Made by a program: the position numbers and the translations under genes. The notes beneath the pieces were generated by a model. The model worked only from the letters and a program-made list of their open reading frames with translations. It did no database searches and was not told the DNA's origin. 64,000 nt of DNA from an uncultured Candidatus Saccharibacteria bacterium (GTDB lineage Bacteria > Patescibacteriota > CALEFQ01): NCBI GenBank assembly GCA_965230955.1, contig OZ246404.1, positions 161,184 through 225,183 of the forward strand. Reading direction: 5' to 3'. Positions 1 through 9,785 of the stretch are shown piece after piece. Each line of letters begins with the position of its first letter. Position 1 is the stretch's first letter.

Positions 1-1
1 T

Positions 2-1966
2 TTTGATCGGATTGCCGGCGCTTTTTGGGACAAAGAGGAAAATGATCAATCCAGTCCCGCGCTTGATTTAAAATTATCGCCGACCAACGTGACGAAGGGC
101 GGAGAACTGAATGTCACCGTCTCGCCCCAAAACTTTCGCACGATGGTTCGGAATTTGTATTTGAACTGGTGCCTGACTAACGGCGAAACCGGCGCCACCA
201 AGAGTTATAATGAAGTGATCGCGGGCGGCAAACCGGCGCAAACGTACGCTCAAGCCGGCTGGGCCGCCGGCGGCTGTTGCTCGCCGCTGACTCGGTCGGT
301 GACTTCTGACACCGACAACGACGGTATGGATGATCAGTGGGAACGGAATAATTTTTTGGGCCGGGAAGTAAACGGCGTGTTGGTGACCGAAAGCAATATC
401 GATACCGTCATCCAGCCCGGTGATGATTTGGATCACGACGGATACTACGCCCGTAAATTTGTAAACAAAGAAGGCCGGCCGGTGACGGCCGCGCCGGCGT
501 TGATTGATCATTTGGGCCGGATTTATTATCCCGGCGCCGGCGATACGCGTTTGACCAATGTCGAAGAATTTATTTTAGGCACTGATCCGATGGATGGCGA
601 TACCGATAACGACGGTTGGGGCGATGAGATGGACTATATGGGAATCGGCGCGACCACTTTTTCTTTCCCGGTGGAATTGGCACCCGGACCGAGCGGTTAT
701 TACCTGATCACATCGATCGCGGCCGGTATAAACAGCAACGGTGAGGTTTCGGTGGCGGCGCGCAGTAAGCGCTTTGATGTTTCCGAGGGTGAAAATTTGG
801 AAGTGTCGCTGTCCAGTCCGCAAACGAGCATGATTATCGATGAGCAGCCGCCGGGAGGATTTATCAAACTGAATGTCAGTATTGCGGGCGGGGAAGTCGA
901 GCCGGAAGATTTATATTTTGAATGGTTTTTCAACGGTCAGCCGGTTTGTGATTCGGATAAATACCGTGATTTTTGCCAGATGGGGCGGGATAGTATTGAA
1001 CTGGGCGGGGACGGGAAAGCGCTGATTGATTTGCCGGGCCTGGACGGGAAAGCGATCAATTTACAGCCCGGCACTCCGTATCTTTTTGCGGTCCGGGTCA
1101 CGGATCCGGCCTCTCGTCGGAGCGCCGACGCTGCTTTATACGTGCCGTTGGCTCAAGCTTTGCATCTCACCACTGCTTGTTCGGCCGGCGCCACCGACTC
1201 TTCCGCTATCCCGACGGATTCCGGCGAAACGACGACTATTTGCGTCGAGGAGTTCCAGGCGGGTAGTACCACGGCGGCCGGTTTCACCAAAGCCAATTGG
1301 CAGTGGTCGTTGGACGATGTCAGCGTCCAGGAACAATCCGGTATCGGCAAAAGCACGTTGACTATTACCGAGTCGGAATTAGCCGGCGGACAGCCCAAAG
1401 TGGTAGCCGAAATATTTGATGTAGCGGCGGGCGGTTTACTGGCTCGGGCGGCGCGGGATTTCGCGACTACCGGTCCGACCGTCGAAATTACTGAGCCGGT
1501 ATCGGAATACTACGGCGGCGGACGAGGGACCGACAATCGACTGGTTCACGGTCAACCCGGCGAGACTCTCCGTTTTGTTGCCACGGCCGTAAATTTCCCG
1601 GTCACCGGCGAAATCAATTTTTCCTGGCAGGCGGGCGGAGCCCAAAGCCAAGGTGTTGGTTTGTCGACTTTTGAATATACGATTCCTCTGGACGCCAAAG
1701 CGGGCCAAGATATTCCGGTGACCATCATGGCGCAAACCCGGTCTGCGACCGGACAAACGCTCATGGCTGAAGATAATATTACCCTCTTGGTCGGCGCGAC
1801 TTCCGGGGTGGCGGGATTGGGCGAAAAATTTCAAGCCGGGCTGGCCAAGGTGGCGAATTTGATCCCGGCCAGCTATCGCCTGGCTTTCACGATAGTAATT
1901 TCCGGCGCATTAATCGCCGGGCTGGCTTGGTTGGTCATGCGTTTATTGAAAATCGGTTCACTATAA
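2..1966 (+). CDS. Giant surface protein paralog A, 5'-truncated by the window edge. It carries TSP3-like Ca-binding DxDxDG repeats and a C-terminal TM anchor.
   Basis: The frame is open back to the window start (GTG at 89 is only the first start the ORF finder could call). Motifs NLYLNWCL, AGGKPAQ, GGCCSP and DTDNDGMDDQWERNNFLGREVNG align to internal regions of the two downstream paralogs. It ends with a hydrophobic helix plus a basic tail. Confidence 0.8.
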   Translation, partial: FDRIAGAFWDKEENDQSSPALDLKLSPTNVTKGGELNVTVSPQNFRTMVRNLYLNWCLTNGETGATKSYNEVIAGGKPAQTYAQAGWAAGGCCSPLTRSVTSDTDNDGMDDQWERNNFLGREVNGVLVTESNIDTVIQPGDDLDHDGYYARKFVNKEGRPVTAAPALIDHLGRIYYPGAGDTRLTNVEEFILGTDPMDGDTDNDGWGDEMDYMGIGATTFSFPVELAPGPSGYYLITSIAAGINSNGEVSVAARSKRFDVSEGENLEVSLSSPQTSMIIDEQPPGGFIKLNVSIAGGEVEPEDLYFEWFFNGQPVCDSDKYRDFCQMGRDSIELGGDGKALIDLPGLDGKAINLQPGTPYLFAVRVTDPASRRSADAALYVPLAQALHLTTACSAGATDSSAIPTDSGETTTICVEEFQAGSTTAAGFTKANWQWSLDDVSVQEQSGIGKSTLTITESELAGGQPKVVAEIFDVAAGGLLARAARDFATTGPTVEITEPVSEYYGGGRGTDNRLVHGQPGETLRFVATAVNFPVTGEINFSWQAGGAQSQGVGLSTFEYTIPLDAKAGQDIPVTIMAQTRSATGQTLMAEDNITLLVGATSGVAGLGEKFQAGLAKVANLIPASYRLAFTIVISGALIAGLAWLVMRLLKIGSL

Positions 1967-1972
1967 GCAATA

Positions 1973-4960
1973 ATGAATTTCCACACGCTTAAATCTGCCA
2001 GATTGATTTACGGGTTGATTGCCGGCGGTTTTTTCTTTTTATTTTTCTGTCTGCCTCAGCTGGCGTCGGCGTATAGTTTTGATCTGAGTTTGTCCGGTGG
2101 AGAATCGGCCGCTAGCGCCGAGCTTTCTTCGGAGATCGGCAATTGGGAAGTTAACGGCGGAGAATTTGTGAGCGACGGATATTTGTTAAGTACGAGCAGT
2201 CTGATTCGGTTGAAATTACCGAATAACTTGCCGGTAGGCCATGTCAAAATCAGATTTGAAGCGAAGGGCATTGATAATGATGTCAAAGCTTTGCCGGCGG
2301 GAGCCCAAGACGGATACATGTTCAGTCTTGGAAATGAGTGGTGCAATCCTTGCCCCCAGGAGGGTTATAATCAGGGCTGTGACGCGGCCAATTTCGGAGT
2401 CAGCCTGAAGAAATGGCCCGCTAATATGGGAGGAGACGCCTATTCAAATAGTATTTTGGCTCAAGGCTGGAGCGGCTTATTTAATGGCACGGCGGTTCCC
2501 GGAGCGGGCGTAGGCGATCAGTTTAATTGGGAAGATTATACCGGTTTCTATACGGTGGAATTGGATTTACATGCCGGCAGTAGCAGCGGAACGTTGAGTG
2601 TCTGGAAAGGAGATCCCAATGCCGGGGCGGCGCCGGTTCTAAATTCACCGAGCGGAGTACCTTATGGTTTATTGAAGTATGATAATCGAGATGATCTCAA
2701 AGTCGGTATCGGCGCGGAAGCGCCGGGCGAACCGTCGTATGGGGGAGTGACGATCCGCAATGTCAGTTTGCTGATGGAAGAAGAAGCTGCTCCGGCCGGT
2801 CATCCCACGTATCCGACGCAATGCGCGAATGAGGATCCGGAAGATAATATTTACGGAGTGTGTTCGTGCGTGGGCGGATCGCTATCCGATCCGGTGCCTT
2901 GCGAGGACACATATGTCGCCGGAGACAAACGCAAAGCGACGGTAATGAATCAATTCCCGTTTGAATTCGATCATTGGAAAATTGCTTGGGATCCAACCTG
3001 GACCATCAAAAGCATGATGAAAGAATTTGAGGCCAAGGATAAAGAAACGCAGATGCCGGCTTCGGTCGAAGTGCAATTTACTCCGCCGTCGCCCAAGGAA
3101 GGCGATCAAGCCGGGGCGGTCGCGACCGCTCTTAATTTCCGGACCCGGCCCAATAATTTGTATTACGCCTGGTGTCTGGTTGATGGCGACAGAGTTTGGC
3201 CGATGAACAGCGTGGTGGCGGGCGGCACCAGGCCGGAAAACGCTTCCGACAAACCATTTGATGAAAAAGGCTGCTGTGGTCCGATTACCCGGACGCCGAC
3301 GGTTGATAAAGATAACGACGGGATGGATGATAATTGGGAAATAGAAAAATTCATTGGACGGGCAGGGACCAATTACACTTCGATCGAAGAAGTCCGTCCG
3401 GGCGATGATCCGGATTCTGACGGATTTAAAGCCAGTAATTTCAAAAATGAAAACGGGCAGACTTTGACGGTGGCACCGGGGATGAGAGACAGTAAGGGTA
3501 ACGGTTATGTTACCGGCCAGACCGGTTCTTTCGCCAATATTGAGGAATACATTGCCGGCACCGATCCGCTTAACGGCGATACGGACGGTGACGGATTCGG
3601 CGATGAAATGGATTACGTGGGAGTGGGGCAATCAAATCTGCCTTTTGATATTGAGAAATCAGCCGGGCCGAACGGATACTATGATGTCGGAGTGTCGGTA
3701 GTGGGAATCGATAGCCGGAAAAAAACGGCTTTGACCAGTTCCAAACAGCGGATATTTATCGGCGACGATGATCAGTTGGAAGTTACATTGGACGCCGACA
3801 AAGAAGTTCTGACCTTTGGCTCCGATCAATCACTGGTGATTCAAGCCGATACGATCGCCGGATCGGAAACAAATCGAATTTTGTATTACGAATGGTCGCT
3901 AAACGGCGACTCAGCTTGCGATAAGTACGGCTACGAAAACGAAGACCTGTGCGATGTCGGCAAAGATGAACTAAAAATCGGCGCGGGCGGAATCAGTCCT
4001 TTGGATTTGCCGGCACCGACCTCGGAAGATTATACGATTGGGGTCAAGGTGCGCGACCAGGCGAGCCGCGATGAAGCCGAAGCGACTCTGGTCTTGCCGG
4101 TGGCTTACGCCGTCACTCTGACCACGGTTTGCAATGGACAAACCCAAGAGATAAATTCATTACCGGTAAACAGCGGGGACACTTTAGGGATTTGCATCGC
4201 CGAAATTGATGAAATCACGGCGGAGATGGAAGCGGCCAAATTGAATTTTGTTTGGAGTTATGATGGCGTCAATGTGGCTGAACAATCCGGCTTAGGGAAA
4301 ACACAATTTACCTTGGTGGCGGATGGTGATGCCGGCGCGACTCATACCGTGGCGGTCAGGATAAAAGATCCCAATCGCGCCCGGGAATTCGCCAATGGTT
4401 CTCGCCAGTTTGGCGTCGGCGGGCCGCGTGTCTCCATTGTGGAGCCGGCTGATCGGATCACTTTCAGTGACCAGGTTGTTCCCGGGGAGACGCGTTTTAT
4501 CGCTGTTCGGCCCGGAGAAAAATTACCCTTGGGCGCGAACCAGGAGAACTTTATTGGCACTCAGGGTTGGGTTGTGAACTGGCAGATCAATGGTGCGGCG
4601 GCTAATTCATACACCCTGTCGACTTTTGAACCAGGGGAAAAGCACTTGTTCACGTTCGATGTGCCGGCGGAGGCTCGGGACGGGCAAGTTTATACGATTA
4701 ATTTTTCCATTACCGCTATCGATAATGATCCGCCGGAATCGGCCAGTGACTCGATCAAGGTTGTCGTCGGTCCGGAGTCCGGCGTCCTGGGGCGGGCTAA
4801 TCCTTTTTTCAGCACGATGGCGGCGGTATTCAATCAAGTGCCGGAAATATTCAGACAGCTGATCACTTATGCCGGTATTTTGGCCGCGGTCTTTTTCGCC
4901 CTGGTTTTTCTTTACCCGAAGGTCAGCCGCTTTTTAGAAAACCGTCAGTCGAAAAAATAA
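1973..4960 (+). CDS. Giant surface protein paralog B (995 aa). It has a signal peptide, a Cys-containing N-terminal region, TSP3/dockerin-like Ca-binding repeats, Ig-like beta repeats, and a C-terminal TM plus basic tail.
   Basis: The N-terminal signal peptide is followed by the conserved core LNFRTRPNNLYYAWCLVDGD...KGCCGPITRTPTVDKDNDGMDDNWE and GTDPLNGDTDGDGFGDEMDY. The C-terminus reads ...PEIFRQLITYAGILAAVFFALVFLYPKVSRFLENRQSKK. Confidence 0.85.
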   Translation: MNFHTLKSARLIYGLIAGGFFFLFFCLPQLASAYSFDLSLSGGESAASAELSSEIGNWEVNGGEFVSDGYLLSTSSLIRLKLPNNLPVGHVKIRFEAKGIDNDVKALPAGAQDGYMFSLGNEWCNPCPQEGYNQGCDAANFGVSLKKWPANMGGDAYSNSILAQGWSGLFNGTAVPGAGVGDQFNWEDYTGFYTVELDLHAGSSSGTLSVWKGDPNAGAAPVLNSPSGVPYGLLKYDNRDDLKVGIGAEAPGEPSYGGVTIRNVSLLMEEEAAPAGHPTYPTQCANEDPEDNIYGVCSCVGGSLSDPVPCEDTYVAGDKRKATVMNQFPFEFDHWKIAWDPTWTIKSMMKEFEAKDKETQMPASVEVQFTPPSPKEGDQAGAVATALNFRTRPNNLYYAWCLVDGDRVWPMNSVVAGGTRPENASDKPFDEKGCCGPITRTPTVDKDNDGMDDNWEIEKFIGRAGTNYTSIEEVRPGDDPDSDGFKASNFKNENGQTLTVAPGMRDSKGNGYVTGQTGSFANIEEYIAGTDPLNGDTDGDGFGDEMDYVGVGQSNLPFDIEKSAGPNGYYDVGVSVVGIDSRKKTALTSSKQRIFIGDDDQLEVTLDADKEVLTFGSDQSLVIQADTIAGSETNRILYYEWSLNGDSACDKYGYENEDLCDVGKDELKIGAGGISPLDLPAPTSEDYTIGVKVRDQASRDEAEATLVLPVAYAVTLTTVCNGQTQEINSLPVNSGDTLGICIAEIDEITAEMEAAKLNFVWSYDGVNVAEQSGLGKTQFTLVADGDAGATHTVAVRIKDPNRAREFANGSRQFGVGGPRVSIVEPADRITFSDQVVPGETRFIAVRPGEKLPLGANQENFIGTQGWVVNWQINGAAANSYTLSTFEPGEKHLFTFDVPAEARDGQVYTINFSITAIDNDPPESASDSIKVVVGPESGVLGRANPFFSTMAAVFNQVPEIFRQLITYAGILAAVFFALVFLYPKVSRFLENRQSKK

Positions 4961-4970
4961 TTTTCTAATC

Positions 4971-7802
4971 GTGAAGTGTCTAATTTTTTTATTTCATCGT
5001 CTGTTTTTTTTCACCGCGGTGGTTGCGGGCGCTTTTGTAATTTGGTTTTGCTGCCCAATGTCGGCCAAAGCCGAGATTTTGACCTACCCATCTTTTAGCA
5101 CGCCTTCGGAAACCTCCGGACAGGAATGGAAAGTGGGGGAGGCGGCCGGCGGCGCGATTGTCATCGGATCATTGGAATTTGATGTGTCCGATTTGAGTCA
5201 AGCCAATCTCCTCAAGCACCAGATTTTCGCTATGTTTGATGCCTCTCAGCCTACTGCCTTTGCCAATCACGGTTACTGGATTCATTTTCGGAAACGCGCC
5301 GAGTTACCTTTCGACGGCCCGGGTTTCCAGTTTAAATTACAGGTGGATTGCTCGTGGGATGATGAGAACGTCAAAATCGATCCGGCGGGCTGGATGCCGG
5401 ATCGCACTTATCATTTTACTTTTTCTTGGGATCGCGATTCGACTAAGGTGGAAGTCTTTGATCCCGTCACCGGCCAGTCGGAAATATCGGAATTGCCTTT
5501 GCCCTCGCCCTTCAAAGCCCAGGATCAAGCGATTGTTTTCGGGGTGGCGGGTTTGGCCAATAGCGCCGCTTTTCCGGCCGAGCCGGGCGCGCATTATAGC
5601 AATATCACTTTGAATGCCCAAGAAGTCATCGCGGAGTTTGACGATTTCAATGGTTATCCGGCCTGTGAATTTGACGGAGGATGCGGGTGCGTCACCGAAG
5701 GCGATCCTTTTTCGGCTCCTTGTTCCGAGGCCAGCAGTACTCGGCCGCCGGAACCGGCCGATGATCCTTTCACCACTTCACTAAAGAGCGGACTGAAATG
5801 GAATTGGAAGATGAAAGATATGGCCGATTATTTATCCTGGCGCGAGAATAACGACCAAGATAATCCCGATGTCGAGATCCAGTCGATGACGCCGGGTTTG
5901 CCGCGCGGCGAAAAAGCGTCTTTTACCGCGGTTGCCCAGAATTACCGAACTCGAACAGATAATATATATTATTCCTGGTGCGTGCGCGACAGTTTGACCG
6001 GCAAAACCGCCAATTACAATAGCGTCATGGCCGGCGGTTTGTTGGCCGAAACATCCGATCTGAAACAGCCGGATGGTCATGGCCAGTGTTGCCAATGGAT
6101 CACTCGCCGGCCAACCGTCGATTTGGATGATACCAACGGCGACGGCCGGCCCGAAGGCGACGGGATGGATGATAATTGGGAGCGTCAGAAATTTGTCGGC
6201 CGGGAGGTGAATGGCCGGACTTATAATACGATTGAAGAAGTATTGCCGGATGATGATCCCGATCAGGACGGCACGGTGATGAATCGTTTCATCAATGCCG
6301 ATGAAGGCGTCCCGGTGACGGTGGTGGCCGGCCTGGTGGATTCGCTGGGAAATAAATATATCGCGGGCGGATCTGCGGGAAAACTTCGAAATGTGGAAGA
6401 ATATATTTTAGGAACCGATCCGCTCAACGGCGACACCGACGGCGACGGTTATGCCGACGAGGCGGATTATCTAGGCGAAGGCCAGAGCGTTCTGGAATTC
6501 GTGCCGGAGCAAGCGGTCGGAACCGGGTTTTACGAGGTCCAGGTTTCGACAGTGGGACTGAGCTCTCGGAAGAAAACTTATGTGGCTCTCGCTACGCGCC
6601 GAGTTTATCCCAGCCTCAAAGAACAGTTCAGTATTTCATTATCTTCCGATCGGAATGTGATCCCGGTGGGCTCAAATGATTCCACCAAAGTTAATTTGAT
6701 CGTCAATGTGCTGGGCGGCGATGCCAGTGGCGCTCAACTGGATTTCAGCTGGACTTTCCAGGGTGAAAGCGTCTGCGATGCGCAAAAATATCCAGAGTTG
6801 AGCAAGTTTTGCGATTTCAATCAGGGCCGGATATCTCTCGGAGGAAACGGCGCGCTGGCTTTTAAAGATTTACCGGGGATGGATCAGGTGCCGGAAGGGG
6901 GAGACTATATCATCGGTGTTCGAGCCGTCGATAGTGCGTCGCGCCAGGATGCCAGCGCCGAACTTCGTTTGAAAAAGGGCTCGGCTCTGACGTTGACGCC
7001 GGCTTGCGACGGAGCGCGCGACGAGACGGTCAGCGTGCCGGCCAACGGCGGATCGACAGTCATTTGCATCAGTGAATACGGAGTGGCCGATTTGGATCCA
7101 GCCGGTGCCGCTTTTAATTGGGCGATCGACGGTGTGATTGATCAGAATCAGAGCGGTCTGGGTCGGGACCATTTTACTTTATGGGCGACCAAGCCGGCCG
7201 GGTCAAGCCAACAGGTTGATTTAAAAATATTGTACGGCTCCAGTTTGGAGCGGGAATTGCTGGGATCAATCAACGTGCCGGTCGTCGGTGCGCTGGTAGA
7301 AATAAATAAGCCGGCGGATCGGATTGAGCCCGGCGATGGCAATGTTCCCCAAGCTACTCGCCTGATACGCGTGGCTCCGGGGGAGACGATTACTCTGGGC
7401 GCGCGCGCGGAGGCTTTTGGAGCAATTGATTCCTATCAGTGGTCGTGGCAGGCGGGCGAAAGCTCAAGTAGTACCGAAGGGGCAAACTCCGAATCTGATT
7501 TTACTTATTCCGTGCCGGTTGGGGCCTCGATAGGGGAAGTGATACCGGTCTCGGTCACGGCGCGCGGGCAAAATCAAACCGGCCGAATCACGGATGCCGG
7601 CGATACCATTTCGTTGCTGGTCGGTAGCGGTAGCGGGCGACTCGGCGCGGGAGGCGGATTGTCGCGGACCTTCGCCGCTTTATCGGCGGTGATACCGGCT
7701 CAGTATCGGGCGAGTTTTCAATTAATCGCACTGGTGGCCGGGGCACTGGGTGTGCTATTGGCCGGATTATATTTTTATAGTCGAATGACTTCCAAGAGAT
7801 GA
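4971..7802 (+). CDS. Giant surface protein paralog C (943 aa; GTG start) with the same core module and C-terminal anchor.
   Basis: Signal peptide. Conserved motifs NYRTRTDNIYYSWCVRD, GQCCQWITRRPTVDLDD, GDGMDDNWERQKFVGREVNG and GTDPLNGDTDGDGYADEADY. C-terminus reads IPAQYRASFQLIALVAGALGVLLAGLYFYSRMTSKR. Confidence 0.85.
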   Translation: MKCLIFLFHRLFFFTAVVAGAFVIWFCCPMSAKAEILTYPSFSTPSETSGQEWKVGEAAGGAIVIGSLEFDVSDLSQANLLKHQIFAMFDASQPTAFANHGYWIHFRKRAELPFDGPGFQFKLQVDCSWDDENVKIDPAGWMPDRTYHFTFSWDRDSTKVEVFDPVTGQSEISELPLPSPFKAQDQAIVFGVAGLANSAAFPAEPGAHYSNITLNAQEVIAEFDDFNGYPACEFDGGCGCVTEGDPFSAPCSEASSTRPPEPADDPFTTSLKSGLKWNWKMKDMADYLSWRENNDQDNPDVEIQSMTPGLPRGEKASFTAVAQNYRTRTDNIYYSWCVRDSLTGKTANYNSVMAGGLLAETSDLKQPDGHGQCCQWITRRPTVDLDDTNGDGRPEGDGMDDNWERQKFVGREVNGRTYNTIEEVLPDDDPDQDGTVMNRFINADEGVPVTVVAGLVDSLGNKYIAGGSAGKLRNVEEYILGTDPLNGDTDGDGYADEADYLGEGQSVLEFVPEQAVGTGFYEVQVSTVGLSSRKKTYVALATRRVYPSLKEQFSISLSSDRNVIPVGSNDSTKVNLIVNVLGGDASGAQLDFSWTFQGESVCDAQKYPELSKFCDFNQGRISLGGNGALAFKDLPGMDQVPEGGDYIIGVRAVDSASRQDASAELRLKKGSALTLTPACDGARDETVSVPANGGSTVICISEYGVADLDPAGAAFNWAIDGVIDQNQSGLGRDHFTLWATKPAGSSQQVDLKILYGSSLERELLGSINVPVVGALVEINKPADRIEPGDGNVPQATRLIRVAPGETITLGARAEAFGAIDSYQWSWQAGESSSSTEGANSESDFTYSVPVGASIGEVIPVSVTARGQNQTGRITDAGDTISLLVGSGSGRLGAGGGLSRTFAALSAVIPAQYRASFQLIALVAGALGVLLAGLYFYSRMTSKR

Positions 7803-8773
7803 AAATTATTAACTTTTTTTCACAATTCAACGGTCGGACGGCAGTATTGCTCGGTCTGATAGTTTTGGGCTGTTTGCTGGCGGGCATGCCTTTCTTGACT
7901 CAGGCCGGGACGGTGAATCTGGAAGTAGGGATCGGTACCAACACCACGACCGAAGGTATATCGTTTTATATCGGCATGATTTATCGTTTTGCCGCGGCGA
8001 TCGTCGGGGTGATCGCGGTGATCATGATCATCATCGGTGGGATCCAGTATTCCGCTTCGGCCGGCAATCCCGCCGCCTTGGGTTCGGCCAAGGAGACGAT
8101 TACCAGTGCGATTATCGGCCTGGTGATTGTGTTGATGTCTTATTTGATTTTAGGTGTTTTCAGTTCGCGTTTCACGAATTTGTCCGAGCCGGTTTTGGAT
8201 CCGGTTGATATTCCCGCGACGGATAAACCGGCGAATGATCCCACCGGAGCCAATTGTCCGGGAACGTCAATGACCGATGCCAGGACAAATCTGGATTTGG
8301 ATGAAACGTGCACCAGTATCTGTCGTTTTGGGAAATACAGTGCTAAGTCGTATAAACCGAACGTAAATACCGTTTGCTGTATTTGCACGGCCGGTGGGAC
8401 TTGCCCCGGTGGATATATATATTCTCAAGATCGAAGCCAGTGTGATATGTTTTGTCGGCAGAATTTGAATATAGGAGTTGAGGATTATAAGGCTAATTGC
8501 TGCAAATGCCGTTCCTGTCCGGCCGGAAGCCGGCGAATATCCGATTTGGGCGGGCAGTCTTGCAGTCAAGCATGCGGCACCTTGGGGGTAGCCCAGGAAA
8601 CAGCCGAGTGTTGTACCTGTAATGCGGAGTCTCAATTACCATGCCAGATTGACGGCGCTTACTATTGTAATGCCGACAAAAAAAGCGTGGATAGTTTTTG
8701 TCAGACCTCGTTTTCGCCGGATCAAAATTGTAGAGTATCCCAAGAAGGCAGCCAATGGTGTTGTCGGCCTTGA
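7799..8773 (+). CDS. VirB2/TrbC-like two-helix pilin-domain membrane protein fused to a Cys-rich C-terminal ectodomain (24 Cys in about 180 aa).
   Basis: It overlaps the upstream stop by ATGA. After the signal peptide come two hydrophobic helices separated by a short polar loop (AIVGVIAVIMIIIGGIQYSASAGNPAALGSAKETITSAIIGLVIVLMSYLIL), typical of conjugative T4SS pilins. The C-terminal region carries CC dipeptides (VCCIC, NCCKC, ECCTC, WCCRP). Confidence 0.7.
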   Translation: MKIINFFSQFNGRTAVLLGLIVLGCLLAGMPFLTQAGTVNLEVGIGTNTTTEGISFYIGMIYRFAAAIVGVIAVIMIIIGGIQYSASAGNPAALGSAKETITSAIIGLVIVLMSYLILGVFSSRFTNLSEPVLDPVDIPATDKPANDPTGANCPGTSMTDARTNLDLDETCTSICRFGKYSAKSYKPNVNTVCCICTAGGTCPGGYIYSQDRSQCDMFCRQNLNIGVEDYKANCCKCRSCPAGSRRISDLGGQSCSQACGTLGVAQETAECCTCNAESQLPCQIDGAYYCNADKKSVDSFCQTSFSPDQNCRVSQEGSQWCCRP

Positions 8774-8816
8774 TCTCGCTGGGCTAATGCCGGTGAATTT
8801 GCTATTATGGTAAATA

Positions 8817-9782
8817 ATGAATACTTTTTCTAAAAAACTGATTTGGCTGGTCATCGTTTTAATGGCGGTGGTTTGGTTTAGTCCTTTTTGGGTTCAGGCC
8901 GAGACGACGAGAATCGTTCCGAAAAATGCGGTCAATTTGGAAGTGGGAATCGGCGGTTTCAATCAAGTGAAGGGCGGAATTGTTGACTACATCGGCCAGA
9001 TTTACATTTTTGCTACGGCAATTGTCGGCGGTTTGGCGGTGGTGATGATTATCATCGGCGCGGTGCAGTATTCCTCTTCAGCCGGCAACAAGGCGGCCAT
9101 GGGCTCCGCCAAAGAAACAATTACCAGCGCGATTATCGGATTGGTGATTGTGCTTATGGCGTATTTGATCCTTGGGACATTTAGCGGAGATTTTGTGAAT
9201 TTGGTGAATCCGAGGCTGGAGGTTCTGGATATTTCCGATCAGGCGCCAGGCAAAGCGGGTTGTTCTTGGCAAACCGGTACCTCTTGCTCTGATCCTGTCA
9301 ATTTCAGGCAAGGTGATGCGGTAGAGTGTGGCGGTACGGCCGAGGCAGGAAAAGTTTGTTGTTGTCAAAGAGTTGATACTCTTCCGGGAACGTGTTTTGA
9401 TTTTTCCGCGGATAAAAATTCCTGTGATCCAGACAACGGGAAAAGAAATTGCTTTAAGCCGATAAGTGGACCATATAATAGTTTGACCGGTTGTACGGTT
9501 AATTGTACCAATAAAAACCCAGCTAATTTCTGTAAGGAGTCACCAGTAGCTGATGGCCAGCAATCTTCAGCGTATTGTTGTTATGAAGATGTTACTCCTC
9601 CTCCTTCTGGTGTCCCAGAGTGTCCGGCCGATACCACGACCGGGCGAATGTATGACTATTACGACCAATGCAAGCGAGCTTGTGGTGTGGCGGGCGATAA
9701 ATGTTGTCGAGCGGCAGATTTGACCACGTGTGTAGCGGCTAGTAGCTCGGACAAGAATTGGTGCTGTATGCTAAATCCGTAA
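8817..9782 (+). CDS. Paralog of the previous protein: a VirB2/TrbC-like pilin-domain membrane protein with a divergent Cys-rich ectodomain (22 Cys).
   Basis: The N-terminal 120 aa are nearly identical in pattern (NLEVGIGG...AIVGGLAVVMIIIGAVQYSSSAGNKAAMGSAKETITSAIIGLVIVLMAYLILG). The C-terminus is Cys-rich and divergent (VCCCQ, YCCYE, KCCRA, WCCML). Confidence 0.7.
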   Translation: MNTFSKKLIWLVIVLMAVVWFSPFWVQAETTRIVPKNAVNLEVGIGGFNQVKGGIVDYIGQIYIFATAIVGGLAVVMIIIGAVQYSSSAGNKAAMGSAKETITSAIIGLVIVLMAYLILGTFSGDFVNLVNPRLEVLDISDQAPGKAGCSWQTGTSCSDPVNFRQGDAVECGGTAEAGKVCCCQRVDTLPGTCFDFSADKNSCDPDNGKRNCFKPISGPYNSLTGCTVNCTNKNPANFCKESPVADGQQSSAYCCYEDVTPPPSGVPECPADTTTGRMYDYYDQCKRACGVAGDKCCRAADLTTCVAASSSDKNWCCMLNP

Positions 9783-9785
9783 TTT

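Noticed and set aside
74-1834. Minus-strand ORFs of 66 to 145 aa antisense to giant surface protein A
   Set aside because: They are antisense to a gene supported by three-way paralogy and have R/G-rich low-complexity composition.
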